A stretch of 64,000 nt of DNA from Lama guanicoe (lineage: Eukaryota). The position numbers and the translations under genes are program-made. Under the pieces are notes generated by a model. The model saw only the letters and a program-made list of their open reading frames with translations, was not told the origin of the DNA and did no database searches. Below, piece after piece: positions 48,960-62,074 of this stretch. Where the stretch lies: positions 9,906,898-9,970,897 of the forward strand of contig MU054212.1 in NCBI GenBank assembly GCA_013239625.1. Direction: 5' to 3'. How positions within the stretch are numbered: the first letter of the stretch is position 1; every line of letters begins with the position of its first letter.

Positions 48960-49330
48960 TGTAACTAGCGAGTTTTCATTAAAATGTAACATACATGCAA
49001 AAGATTTCCATAAGTTTGTGGCATGCTGGGATTTTTTTTAAGGGGATGTGTCTCTACAGTCACCATGCAGATCAATAAATAGAACTTGACCAGCAGATGT
49101 AGCCCACCTGCCACCTCCCAGTTACTGCTTCCAAGGGTACCCATTCCTCTGACTTCTAACATCAGTGACCAGTCTTGTCTGATTCTGGACTTTATGTCAA
49201 CCGTACAAGTAGGCATCTTTTGTGTCTGTCTTCTTTCACTCAGCATTATGCTTGTGGGATGCATCTAGGCTGTGATATGTTACCACTTTTTTGTTTCTCA
49301 GTACCATGCAGTCTTCTTATTTCATAGCAA
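48960..49330 (-). mobile_element. Old L1ME-like fragment
   Basis: cattcctctgacttctaac...tgtctgtcttctttcactcagcattatg...gcatctaggctgt. Confidence 0.75.
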
Positions 49331-50404
49331 GGGAGTTTTGTTATAAAGTTTGTATCTTCCCAAGGGCATTTGAAGACATCCTGAACAAAGTCACATCATG
49401 GGAAGTGTCCTTTCATCACGCGTGTCTTTAAAAGCAGAACGTATCTGTCTGTGATGTTTGAAGTAAACCAATAGGGAAAGGAGAGTTACTCTGGAGAGGA
49501 CCAGGCAGTCAGGAGCTAGGAAAAGTCAAAGTGAAATTTCTTCCATTTTTCCGGAATTTGTGCACTTTGTTGGAGTTTTGAAAGAAAAGTCATGCTTCAA
49601 TTAAAAACAGACAACAAAGTCAATATGATGGGAGCAGAGATGATGATGTGATCAAATGCCAAGAAATGACTGATGGCAGAAAAAATATCATGTGAGCCAA
49701 AGCAATTGCTCTTGACTTCTAACTTTATTCATCCAACGTATAACATTTCATCACAGTTTTATCAATGGAATGCAGTTCCACTCAGCTCATTTTGTCAACA
49801 GCAAGAAACACCATCCAGTCATTTTGTCCACACAAATCAATCGTTGATTATTATTTTCCCCCATTTGGGATCCAAGTAGAAGAACCAAATATCTTGAGTA
49901 AAACAAAGGAAAGAAGAAAAATAAACATGATTCCTATCTTGACAAATCAAATTAGGTAAATGCAACTTATGCCTTTTGATTTTTGACACGTGGAAAAAGA
50001 ATGCAACTACTTATTGCTCCTTTTAGATGCAGTCATGGCATTTCCAGTTTTTCCTTTTTGCTTATGTAGTTCTTCTTACTGGGATTTCTCCCTTATCCTT
50101 TGAATGTGTGATCAAGTGTTGAGAAAATTAAATTGCAGGGACTTACGAGATCCAAAGTGGGGGGTGTCATCCTTAAATGAAAAGCCTGTGTGGGAAGCAC
50201 ACTGGTTATGAAATAGGCCACTTTCCCTAGTCCTGCTATTTCCTCTTGCTGTCACAACTTGATTCTGTTGAAGGGCCCTCCTCCAGAGTCCTTTTGGTGG
50301 TCCACTGCTGGGTAGGATGAAATATGTTTTATTTTAACAAATTAATGGTCATATTCATGCTATACATGATAAAGTTATGCATCAGAATTTTTCACATAAT
50401 ATAG

Positions 50405-50750
50405 TGTGATGGATTGAATGTTTCTGTCCCTGAAAACTCACATGCTGAAATCTTAACTCTCAATGTGATGGCATTAAGAGGTGGGAGCCTTAGGGAGGTA
50501 ATTAGGTCCTGAGGGTGGGGCCCTGATGTATGGGATTAGTGCCCTGATGAAAGCCCCCAGAGAGCTCTCTCACGCCTTCTGCCATGTGAGGCTGTAAACC
50601 CAAGTCAGGGGTCAGCAGCTGGGAGGAGGGCCCTCACCAGAACGTGACATGCTGGTGTGCTGATCTCCAGCTTCCCAGCCCCCAGAATTGTGAACAATAC
50701 ATTTCTGCTATTTATAAGGCTCCCACTTCCAGCCCGGGATGATTAACACA
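50405..50750 (+). mobile_element. MLT1A-type solo LTR
   Basis: tgtgatggattgaatgtttctgtccc...aattaggtcctgagggtggggccctga...taacaca; flanks tatag/tatat. Confidence 0.92.
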
Positions 50751-52486
50751 TATATGACATCGTGAACATCTTTATTAAATTGGCCCAGCATCGTGTGTTG
50801 GGAAGGGTTCCCTCCCTGCGCCAATCAAGGCAAGCTCTCCCCTTGCCAGAGTTCCCTGGGCCAGAGTCCTCTTCCTTTACTGGCCCACTGTCATTCGTGA
50901 CTGTCTCCCAAGGCCTTGGCTGTGGTGTCAGAGGGGTTCTCGTGTCTGAAATACTGTTCCTCTCCGCTCCCCCCAGGACCACCATGGACAGAGGCACTTT
51001 CTCTTTGTCAGAAGCCCAGAAACAAATGGTCCACTTACTGCCCTTCCCTGATGATGTGTCCTTTTCGCCATTGAAAGCGAGTCATCTTTGTACCTCAATT
51101 GTGATTTATCCTCGGAAGGAAGACTAAGATTATTTCTAGCCCAGAGAATGAAAAATGAATAGAATAAATACAAGACAAGTTCAATGGGGCATCAAGTTCC
51201 ACATGCAAGGCCAAATTGGACTTCAGATTCCTCAGAGTTGGTGAATTTATTATAGACCTGTGTCTCCAGTACGTACCACCTGCCTGCAGCGAAGAGGGGC
51301 TTAACAAATGGGTTTTTGAGGATAAAGATGCTCGTGATTGTTTGTAAGTACAACATTTAAGGCATAAATAGAGTTCAAGGAGATCTGGCTCTAATCCAAG
51401 TAACTAAATAAGGATTCTGATACAAACAATGACTGTTTTTAAAACAATACCCTTTTTTCCTGATATTAAAAGCAGTGTTTATTTATTAAATTAAAAAGCA
51501 AACACCCAGGAAGATATGAGGAAAAAAAAAAGCAGAACACATCTCTAATCCCACCTCTAATCTGACTTTGTTATGTTCAGTCTCTCTCTGTCTCTGTATC
51601 TCGCTGTCTCTGTATCTTTCTCTCTTTCTGTCTCTGACTCTCTCTCATCTACCTTCGTTCTGTTTTACAAATTTAAGTTCAGATTAATGCTCTACGTGAT
51701 GAAGTTACTCATCAGAATTTCTTACTTGATCTATTATATATAAGCCCCTTTGTCAAATTTTTGGAAATATATTTTACCAAAGCCATATTTTGAAGGCATG
51801 AAAGTTATTCTTTATTAATTTTCTTGAAGTTAAAAATATAGCATTTGTGAGCACATTTATACACATATCTTGGGGCAAATCTGCACTTATTTCCTTAGGA
51901 AATATTGCTATAGGTAAAGTTTTTTAAAAAAAGTTAGAATCAAATCTTGATATTTGTAGAACTCTGAGATATGGTACAAATATTTTCCTCAGATACTTAC
52001 TTTTGTTTAAAAATTAAGTGGTGATCCGTCTTCTCAAAGAAAGTTTCTGGTTCTTATATATTAAAATTTACTTATCCTTTCCTTTAACAATGTCTTTGTC
52101 TTTTGGTTTAGATCGCATTTTAAAATAAAATACATTTTCTTCTGTTTTATACCACCTCCCCCTCCTTTCTTCTTTTCCTTCATTTTGTAATTAATGGTTC
52201 AGTATCTCTGGGGTTTGGCATAGAACAGAAGTCTAACTTTTTTTTTCTTTTTTTTAAACTATAGAACTTCTTAACTTGTGCCTTAACTTCCTACCTTCCT
52301 CATAATCTCTTTATTCTTTCTAATATTTTGTTTGTGAAAGATTAGAAATTATTGTGTGCTTAATACAAATTTTAGTGAGAATAGAAAAGTATGAAGGAGA
52401 ATGTAACTTACCCCATTACCTCACTACTCAGAGCTATGCAGTGTGAACATTGTGGTTTGTTCTCTTTTTTAAAAACAAAACCAAGC

Positions 52487-52660
52487 TTTTTTTTTTCAGT
52501 TGAAGTATAGTCAGTTACAATATGTCCATTACTGGTGTTCAGCACAATGTTCCAGTCATGCATATATATATATGATATATTTGTTTTCATATTCTTTTTC
52601 ATTAAAGGTTATTACAAGATACTGAATATAGTTCCCTGTACTATACAGAAGAAATTTGCA
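52487..52660 (-). mobile_element. Young L1 3' terminus nested in old L1M
   Basis: ttgaagtatagtcagttacaat...ttacaagatactgaatatagttccctgtactatacag. Confidence 0.88.
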
Positions 52661-53214
52661 TTTTCTCTTCAGATATGTAATCAGTTGTCTAAGAGCCATT
52701 TGTTAAGTATTCTCTTCTTTCTCCCTTATTTTGGGTGTGACCTTCATCAGATGCTGAACTTTAATTTGTATTACAGTCTGTTTCTGGAACTGCTTCCCTG
52801 TGTCCTGGATTCATTTGGTAGTTCTTGCCCCAACACCATGTTGCTTTGATCACTGTTTTATAATACAGTAAGTGTCATTATCTGGTGGTGGTAATTTCCA
52901 TTCATTACTCTTTTTTCATGGGGTTTCTTTGTTCATTCTTCTAGATGGATTTTTATATTACCCTTTTGAGGGATTTTGGCATTTTGATTAAAAAGAACTG
53001 AAACTTATGAGTTATTTTTGGAGGAAATGATATGCTTACAATATTATTTCAAACAAAATATTTCTTCCTGTTCAGAAATACAATTTGTTTCTTATTTCTT
53101 CAGGACTCTTTTATGGCTTTCAGTAAAGCATAATAGTTTTCTTTATCAAATGCTACTGACTTCTTACATTTATTACTGGATATTTCATATATTTGCTGAT
53201 ATTTGTGGAAAGAC

Positions 53215-53216
<2 letters not shown>

Positions 53217-53244
<28 letters not shown>
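53217..53244. repeat. (TG)n microsatellite
   Basis: Seen directly. Confidence 0.95.
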
Positions 53245-53248
<4 letters not shown>

Positions 53249-54649
53249 ATATTTTCCCATAAATATTTTGGCTGCTTCTCTTAAGATTTCCTTTTGCCCT
53301 CTTTATTTAAATATAATAATTCATTAATTTTTCTTGTTTTGTTGCATGGGCTACATTTTCCAAAGTGTTGTGTAGAAGCAGTGATACCTGGTAGCCTTTG
53401 TATTGCTGTTCACTCTAATGTGAGTTTCTCCAATGTTTCATCATTTAGCCAAATGTTCAGTACTGTTTTAAGATAGAATTATTTTTTAAAGGAAGAAAGC
53501 TTTGTTCTTAGCATCTTTATATATATTAGAAATATTATTTTTTTCTTTAAAAATTAAAATTATACTAGAGGATTCTTATCATAGCAATCCTTAAATTTTG
53601 ACCTAAGTTTACCCAGTCACATGTATTTTCAGTATACTTAGGTTTTTGATGTGTGTTGATATTTTATTTGGGATTTTTCCATTTATATTGTCAGTAACTG
53701 GTATTTGTAGGTCTGGAGGGGGCGGTATGTGGGTATATAAGTGTGTTTTCTCTATCAAATTTGAGTATCAAGATTATGGAAAACAAACTGGAACTGTTCC
53801 ATTCAAAACAGACTCTGGAATATTTTATATAGGATGGAAATTGTTACTTGAGGGTTATAAGGAACTCACATATTTCCCTGTGCCATTTGGGAGATAATAA
53901 ATATTTACATTTTGAGGTTTTTCTCATTGTTTTTGATTGGTTCAGCTATTGTTCCTCTTCGTGATCAAGTTTTGATTCACTTATATTTTCCTAGAAAAGT
54001 GAGTCCGTTTCATCATTGTATATTTTTTCAAAAGCTTGTGAGTATATTTACTTCTTCATTTCTAATTTTTTGTTTTTGTGTTTTCTTTATTAGTTACTTG
54101 AATATACTTGCTAGATATTTGGCTATCTGAGTGTTCCTTTCAGAGCTCTCTTTCTAGGATTTATCAGTTTTCTCATTTATAATTTATTATTTTAAATTAA
54201 TTTTTAAATTTATGCTTCCTTTGGATTTATTTTAATTTTCTTCTGATAACTAAGTTGGATGTTTTGTTCATTTATTTTCATATTTCATTTTAAATTTTAA
54301 TTAATACAATTAATTTAATTATTTTTGTAGGCCTCCTATTTATCACTAAAACAATTTTGATTGTACAGAAGGTTTTATACTTAATTTTCCATCTGTTACA
54401 GTTTTCTAAATAGTCATTTAAATACTTTGGACCTAGTGTGATTTAGGAATACTTTCTCATTTTCCAAGTGGTTCTATTTTGTTGTTTCTTCTCTTTGTAA
54501 TTCAGTTGCAAAATTTTACCTCTTTGCAATTGATTCAGATTTTATTATGGTTACCGTAGCATGCATTTTCATAGTGCTTCATGTGTATTTGAAAAGATAT
54601 AGTATTCTCTGTTGGTAGTATGTAGAGTTGGCTACATGCCTGCATGGGA

Positions 54650-55400
54650 TACCCAAGATGAAATTTAGTCCTAAAAGTATTGATAACATGGTGGATAGAA
54701 AAGTAAAATGTTGGGTATCACTGATGGGACCAGAGCACACGCAGCTGTTGGAGAAGGGAGTGATTCCACCTGAAGCTGGCTGACCTTCCCGTGGTCAACC
54801 AGTGCCTGGAACAGGGGTCAAGCCCAGAGAGGCCACACTTAGTCTAAGGAGATACACTGGAGCACAGCTGGACAGGATGGTGAATCTCAGGGACAACGCA
54901 AGAGTGAAGTAGGGAGGGCAGCTGTGGGTAGGCCTGGGGCTGCCCTCCAGAAGTGAGTGCAAATGGGGCATGGATAATCTGTTCTCTTTTTACCATTCTG
55001 CATTCTCAAGGGGCTTGCAGAATGAGAGGAGACATGAGAAGTGCCCAGCAGGGACAAAACACTAGGTAAATCCTTGGTGAAGGCTATAATCTGCTCTTGG
55101 CCATAAGAAGACTTAAAAGAAAGAGCTCTTCTAGTCTTGTGCAGAGAGGGAAGGGGAAGTGAGGTCTCTGCAAGGCGGGCGGGCAGTGGAGCTGAGCCAG
55201 CTGCAGCAAAGATGGCGGCCGGCCAGCTAGAGGAGACTGCCAGAGTGGATGGACCCGAGGGCTTGAGCTTCTGTATTGATGGGACAGCCCTGGGGATGAG
55301 GAATCCTGAGGGGCTATAAGGAGCAGCAGGGAGCAACTTCAAGGATGTTATTGGCTGCCTTGGTAAGTGGGAGCTGACGATGATCATAATTGGGGCCATC
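54650..55400. mobile_element. Probable ancient LTR inserted into old L1
   Basis: GC-richer, purine-rich block with sharp edges between two T-rich L1M tracts; family not identified. Confidence 0.35.
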
Positions 55401-55984
55401 GATTGAATTTTCTCATAGGCTCAGACTAGAGTGTTAAAAGACATTTAAATTAGAAATATTTTAAATAAACATTATTAAGTCTGTTATTTGGAATCCTCCA
55501 CTCTTTGCTGGCCAACATGATTGGCCAAAACCTGGGAGAAATGTGAGCAACTCTTCTGTGATTGCTGTGTGGCTCTTGGTGTTCTCATTTTCAGGGACTC
55601 TGCTTTACGTTTTATGATGCTGTAATAGAAAGGAAGATGAAGAGGTGCATTTGTCGTATCCTTGTTGTGAATTACACTCGTAATCAATTTAAAATGCTCC
55701 TCTTGGCCTATTTAATGCTTTGTTTGCAATTTCTATCCCTTTTTCCTTTTTTTGTGTACATACATTTTGGCTAAACATTTAACCTTTATTCCTGACCTTG
55801 TTGAGTTGTGTCTTGTGTATTTTGTATTTTGACCAACCCTAAAGAGCCTTTGCCTGTTAATGAGGGAGTTAATTAGATTGATAGTTTTTATCCACACTGG
55901 TACACGGAGTGGAAATTGCTGTCCTCTGCCCAGCATCTGTTCCCTCTTGCTTTGTCCTAATGGAGCCCAGATGTTTCCGGGAAC

Positions 55985-56425
55985 TCACCCCAGAGTCTGG
56001 GAGAACCTGATTTCCACCCCAGCTCCAAGGTGGGCCCGATTGATCCAAATGTAATCCCACCTGGTGCCACTGATTGGCTCCGGAATGGGCAGGTAACTCA
56101 ATTCTGGCTGAGACACTGAGAAAGGAAGTGGGTTTGGGGTCTTTTCTGGAGAAAACGTCTTTGTTCCTAAGGAAGCGAAAGGAAAGGGCAGTCTTTCTTC
56201 CTCTGTGGGTCTGGTAGGCTGGAGTCCTCGCAGGGATGGCGAGACAAAGAGATGGGAAGAACCTGGGTTCTTGAAGACATCCCTGGGCTTCCGAATCACT
56301 GGCCCTGGGGCTGTCCTACATCTTGCATTCCTGTTATGTAAAATTAACAGGTTCTTTATTGTTCTTTAAGCCAGTTCACATCAGGGTTTCAGTTACATTT
56401 AGCCGAGAGCACCCCACTGACACAA
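55985..56425 (+). mobile_element. Old MaLR LTR (MLT1J/K-like)
   Basis: tgattggctccggaatgggcaggtaactcaattctggc...ttctttaagccagttc...gggtttcagttac...cactgacaca. Confidence 0.75.
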
Positions 56426-56939
56426 TGTGTTCATTTTTCATCTTTTTAACCTTTGATTTCATGCTTCTTATTTATTATTTCTCTTTGTTTTGTGGTTTTC
56501 TGTCATTCATCTTTAGATTGTATTTATTTGCTTCTGTTTTCTCTTGTGAGTTGGTCAGGATGCCTCTGGTTTTTAACTTGAGTAAAAATTGACTAGCTTA
56601 CCATACCTACACCTGTATTTCTTACAAGTATCAAAGTCAATATAAAAAAAGAAAAGAAAACAATGACAGAGATCTTACACGTGTTACAGTATTTTTGTCA
56701 TTCGGGGCATCAAATTTTCATCAGACATATAACACACTTTCATATGAAAAAGCAGCAGCTTAGATTTTAAATGATTATTTATTACTTGATTTTGTTTCTG
56801 TAAGTGCAGGAGTTTTATAAATGCAGTAAATGTTTACTGATATCACATAATTCATGTGTCTATAAAAATAAGGCTCTAATATTTGAGTAAACCAGTTAAA
56901 GTGTTAAAAAAGTCAATGTAATAATGCTAATTATGATAT

Positions 56940-57080
56940 TATTATTGTTGCTAATGTTTGTGGAGCTTTTAATATATGCCATGCACTGTGTGAAACAGTG
57001 CATAGTTATCTAGCCAACTAGTTTTTGCTGTGAGAAATGTGGACACAGAAAGTTGTAATAACTTGCCCAAAGGAAGCGAA
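56940..57080 (-). mobile_element. MIR SINE
   Basis: gctaatgtttgtggagc...tgccatgcactgtg...taacttgcccaa. Confidence 0.65.
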
Positions 57081-57229
57081 ACCGCTGATTGCCTATGATT
57101 GAAGACGCAGGAGGAAATCAGGGCTGTTTTACTTCGTGCCACACTTTTAGCTTTCTCTTCACTTCCTGTTTCTTCACGGGGAAATTCAGAACCAGAACAT
57201 GAAAAGTGAATTACTCTTATATGATGTAT

Positions 57230-57840
57230 ATTCTTTCAATTAAAAGTTTTCATTTTTTGTTTGGAAGCCACATTTCCTGCAACCATCTAGACTCAGTTCT
57301 ATGTTCAAATGGTTTTGGTATTCCCCACCATCCCTTTTGAACCCCTGTTTTTTTATTCTGCATTATTTAATGCTTTTTTTTTTTTTACTGGATTAACTGA
57401 CATGTTTTTGAACGTGTTCATTCAGAAGATCTGTCGTTTTTATATAGCTTGCACAGAATGTTCACTTAGTTGATTGCAGGATTTCCCCCAGAAATTCGGC
57501 ATGTTTCCTTGATGCGTTCTCATATTCAGTCCTGAGTGGACATTGGAGCCTGTTCTTCATTTTTCTGCCTTATAATCTGTCCAGTTCACTTCTATCCAGA
57601 TGCTCCTAGGGTGTGTGTGTGTGCTTGTGCTTTTTTTACACAAATAATTTTCATTGCATAGGTAATCCTTGAACATGTTCTCCTTCCAAATATAAAGATC
57701 TTGCATTAAAAAAAAAATCCTATTTGACTAACCTTTCCTCAGCACAAACCCTTTCCCCTGAGGTAAATTCTGTGAGCATTTTGTGTGAACCCTTCCAGAA
57801 AGTTTTCTGCGAATTTGCATCCATACATCCAGAACTGTGG
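57230..57840 (-). mobile_element. Old L1M fragment (decayed)
   Basis: T-rich; cattggagcctgttcttc...tgaacatgttct...gcgaatttgcatccatac. Confidence 0.5.
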
Positions 57841-58989
57841 CCAACACATAGCTTTACCCCATGGAAACGATACCCGGAGAATATATGTTGAAGGCATCAG
57901 TGAAGGGTTTGTAGTGGGATGGGGCCAGGGATACGGAACAACCTTGTTACCTAAGAAAACCCCTGTCTGCAGCAGTGGGCGCACGGCCCAGTGTCTGGTG
58001 AGGCAGAGATTGAATCTCTGATTCAAGATTTATTCCACAGGAAGAAGCGAGGCCATTTCCCCAAGCCTGTGGCCTTGTTTCCCTTACCAGGCTTTAACCT
58101 GCACCTCAGCTTCAAAGCTCATGTAACCAATAGAGATTCTCCCCAGATTCTGTCCAACTTGAATGTATTAGCTAGCTCTGTTAATGTTTTCTCATTTTCT
58201 CATGTAATTTCAATAGGGTTTGGCCAAAGCAAAGTTCCCAAATTTAGCTAGCGAGAGGCCACCTTGGGGAAGGAAGCAGGCCACATTGCTGCAAGTGGGC
58301 AGGTCACCTGGAACTCTGGGGGAAAACAAGGTAGATTTCAGGTTCTTTGCCAGTGCACCTGTAATCTTTTGGTTAGGAAAGAAGGAGGTCTCTTTTTTGA
58401 GAAATCACCTTGTCTGAAGAGGGTGGTGCTCTGAGCCCTGAACTGGAGACAATCCAGGGAATGAATGTGGGCCCTCCGTGGTCTGAGCTCCAGAGAAACG
58501 ATTCTCAGTCTCTGTCCCACCAGCTAAACTTTTTATATCCAGCTCCTTATGGATCCCATAAGATTTGTTTTTCAAGTGAACCAATTTAGTAAAAATGTGT
58601 TTTCCCATTTTAATTACTCCCAGAACTTCCGAAGAGCAAGCAATATTCCAGATTACCGCACCACACTGCTGGCATTCCTGGCAATGGCCAAGGAGGCTGA
58701 CGGGCCCAGGGAGCTTGCGGTGGGTAGACAGTCTGGGCCAGGCTTTTGGAAGTCTTGAAGATCGAGTGCTGGACTACCTTTATATGACATACATTTTGGG
58801 GTATGGAACAACCAAGGAGACCAGGAAGGAAGTGCTGACTTGTGCATCTGCTGGGTTGGCAGCTTCTTGCCTTGCTTTAGTTAGTGAGTGCCTTCTGGAA
58901 CCACTCAGTCTAGTGGTCCTCTCCCCACCCACATCCCTCCCCATCTTGCCGTCTGCTGCATTTCCTTGTAACATTTATGGTCTGAACTT

Positions 58990-59150
58990 ATCTGGGGTGT
59001 GCACTTCTTGCTCATCCATCTCCCCCTCAATAGTATAGCTTCGATGAGAGCGGAGATTCTTGCTTGTGTCATCTGCTGCGTAGCTCTGGTTCAGAGAAGA
59101 GCTTGCCATAAAGAAGGCATTTCAACAGACATGCACTTGACTTGATGAAT
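58990..59150 (+). mobile_element. L2 3' fragment
   Basis: tagtatagcttcgatgagagcggagatt...gcttgccataaagaaggc...tgatgaatg. Confidence 0.55.
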
Positions 59151-59599
59151 GAGCCCACAGGTTAAACTCCTCGTGGTGGAAGTTTGGATGCCAAAGCCCC
59201 AGGTGGAAAAAAAAAACACGAGGCAAGAGGACCCCAGCTACACGGGGATCCTGCTTACGTTAGAAAAGCTCACAGATTGTGTGTGCAGTTAAGTCCTGCA
59301 GCTGGTGGCCAAGGAAGGGCCTTTTCTTTTATACCCATAAAGGATGATACTTACATGTTGGACCAATGAGCCAGAAGACAAACATGAATACGGACAAATT
59401 CTGAATTTGGATTTAAGTTGTAAGTTGCACGAATAGAAGATAGGGGAGATGTTCGCTTGAAGACAACTTCAACAGAAATTTGTGTTTTGGCTGGCTCATC
59501 TTTTGTGAATTAGCAGCATGAATAGCTGTTAAAAATTTTGCCCTATTAAGGAGCTATTGTATGTAATTATGCAAATAACACCAACATTCATTGTAGCCA

Positions 59600-59790
59600 C
59601 CATTTATTTTCTAGTAACCATGTGCCAGGCACTGTGCTAGATGCTTTATATACATGACTGCGCCTGCTGACAACCTTATTATCATGCTCATTTGATGGAT
59701 GGAGAAACTTAGATTCTGAAAGTTTAACTTGTACCAGGACACAGAGTTAGGACGCAGTAGAACCAAGGGTATCTCATTGTAAAACCTGTT
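59600..59790 (-). mobile_element. MIR SINE
   Basis: ccatgtgccaggcactgtgctagatgctttata...gatggagaaact. Confidence 0.85.
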
Positions 59791-60084
59791 GTTCTCAACC
59801 AATGGTTGCCTTGCTCCGGTACGTTGTCTGAACGTATCTGGGGCATTGGACTTAGTTCTAGGAGACACATTTGAAGACAGACGATAACCAAACAGTGGCT
59901 TCACAGGGAGATCACTGGCATGGGAAAGGGTATAGAAGCCACAGCTTGTGGGGGGACATCCAAAGAGAAGGAGGGTTTTTAGGGCAGAGGAGGGCTGAGG
60001 GGAGGTGGGGGTCAGGAATGAAAGGGTATCAGATGGAAGAGAGTAGACCCACTCTGCCCGGCTCTAAATGCCAGAACCGGAACA

Positions 60085-60270
60085 GCAGATGGAAGTTACA
60101 GTGAAGCAGATTTCAGCTTGACACGAGAACTAACTTTCTAAAGAGTAAAGATGTGAGATGCAGCTCTCGAACCCACCCTCGTCCACCCTCCAAGCCTGTA
60201 CCGCCATCTGTCAAAGATGCTGGATTTCAGGAAGGAGTTCCTTCCACCTCTAAGGGTCTGGGATTTTTCT
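60085..60270 (+). mobile_element. L3/CR1 LINE fragment
   Basis: ggaagttacagtgaagcagatttcagcttga...aactttctaa resembles the CR1/L3 3' region. Confidence 0.6.
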
Positions 60271-61104
60271 AGATAGGTTTGCATTTTATTTAAAAGACTA
60301 GATAAAGATCATATGAACTGATTTAAGGTGAATCCTTGTCTATGGGCAGGTGGTTTATATTACTCTCCGAGTTCTTTTCAGCCTTTAGCACATGTATCTT
60401 TTCCACTGGGGCAATAACTGGGACACAGTTGAAGTCAGGAAAAGGGGCTTGTCTTTCTTCTGAACTGAAACCCTTTTTTAAAATAATAATTCTTTTATGG
60501 CATACTTGTAGTCAATTCATTTCAAAGGGTTATTCTTATATATTTGTGTTCAACACTGGGTAGGGGCTGAGTTTTTTAACCACACCCCCTCTCTATGCCA
60601 CTTCTCCTTAATTCCTTCCAAGGTCAAAACTGTGCCCCATCTGCCTCTTGTGGTCTCTCCAACTCCTCCCATCTCTAGGTACACACAGAAACTGCAGATA
60701 AAAAGCACCTGTGTTTATAATTCATGAAACCCCCCAAAGCAGTGTGAAAATTTAAAAAAAAGGAATGAATTCTACATGATTACATGGAAGGAGAGGTGCA
60801 TTTCTATGAGCCAGCGTGGGTTGACTTTTCTCAAGAGAGAGCAGGCTTCTTTGTAAGGTAACAGGCTTACCTTTAGGTGAGATGCAACAGGCTGTGTGGA
60901 TTCCACAAGGTGTTCAAAGGGGAGATGAAATCTTGGGGTAAGATTTCAAGAACCCAGCCACTGAAACTGTCCTTCTATGGGGCTGGAATCTTATACTCTG
61001 GGCTAATGTTTCCCTAGGCGTTCCTCTAAAGGCAATTCACCTGGGAGATGAAATGCCTTGGCTCCTGGTGTCATCAGGAAGGAAGTCCCAGAGGGAGCAG
61101 TCAG

Positions 61105-61680
61105 GTTATTGGTTACGTGTTCCATGCCAGGCACTATCCTCAGCCCATGACATGTTTATCTAATTTAATATTCACAGCAGCACTGTAACTGTATACTAGC
61201 ACTGTCTGCATTTTACGTATGAGGAAGCTGAGCCGGAGAGAGGTTAATATTTTGACAGAATTCACACAGCTAGTAAATGGTTGCTGTATATGGAATGCTT
61301 GTGTCCTCTGAAAATTCATATATTTAAACCCAGTCCTCAATGTGACAGTGTTTGGAGGTGGAATTTTTGGAAGGTGATTAGGTCATGAGGGTGGGGCCCT
61401 CATGAGTGGGATTAGCGCCCTTGTAATAGAGACCCCAGAGGGCCTCTTCGCTCTTCCCACCATGTGGGGACACCGGGAGAAGACGGCCATCTGTGAACCA
61501 GGAAGCAGGCCCTCACCAGGTGCTGCATCTGCCAGTGCCTTAATCTTGGACTTCTCAGCCTCCAGAACTGTGAGAAATAAATTCCTGTTGTTCATACACC
61601 ACTCAGTCAGACGGTCAGATTCAGATAATGGTGGAGACTGGATCTGACTTCAGAACCCATACTCTTAACCAGTGTATAAT
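61105..61680 (-). mobile_element. MIR SINE split by MLT1A LTR
   Basis: atgccaggcacta...ttttacgtatgaggaagctgag...cacagctagtaaatggt | ggagactggatctgacttcagaacccatactcttaacc. Confidence 0.88.
61282..61627 (+). mobile_element. MLT1A0-type solo LTR
   Basis: tgctgtatatggaatgcttgtgtcc...gattaggtcatgagggtggggccctcatgag...ggacttctcagcctccagaactgtgagaaataaa; perfect 5-bp TSD atggt (61277-61281, 61628-61632). Confidence 0.95.
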
Positions 61681-61969
61681 ATCGCTGCTAACACTCTAAA
61701 TATAATAATAATCTGACTCTCAGAAACAGGAGACAGCTCATCACAAGAACACTGTGTCTGCATGTGTGTGTGTGGGAGGGTGGCGGGAGGTGTTTATTGT
61801 GAACTGTCTAATCTGAACCCTCGGTGAATTACTAATCTAGAATTGATCTGAAATGGTGAATGTCATTCTGACTTCTGATTCAGTAAGGCCATTACTAGCA
61901 TTTTATTATTTGCCTCAAAGTCAATTGAAGATACTCGTCAGGAGGTGATTACTTACTAACCCAGCTGCA

Positions 61970-62070
61970 TTCTCCCTTCCTCCCTCCATCCTTCCTTCCC
62001 CTCCTCCTTTCCTCCTTCTCTCTCTCCCTTCCTCCCTCCCACCTTCCCTCCCCTCCTCTTCTTTCCTCCC
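61970..62070. repeat. Polypyrimidine (CCTT/CCCT)n tract
   Basis: About 100 bp of almost pure C/T. Confidence 0.9.
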
Positions 62071-62074
62071 GTCT

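Larger units (their letters stand above)
51420..54640 (-). mobile_element. Highly decayed old L1M region
   Basis: Long T-rich tract with antisense L1-like motifs (tttgagtatcaagattatg, tttccaagtggtt, tagtattctctgttgg); boundaries approximate. Confidence 0.6.

Noticed and set aside
54887..55399. 170-aa minus ORF
   Set aside because: Lies in a probable old LTR; S/P/L/A-rich with no recognisable homology.
57969..57982. CTCF-like GCAGCAGTGGGCGC
   Set aside because: Two mismatches to the core; too weak without ChIP data.
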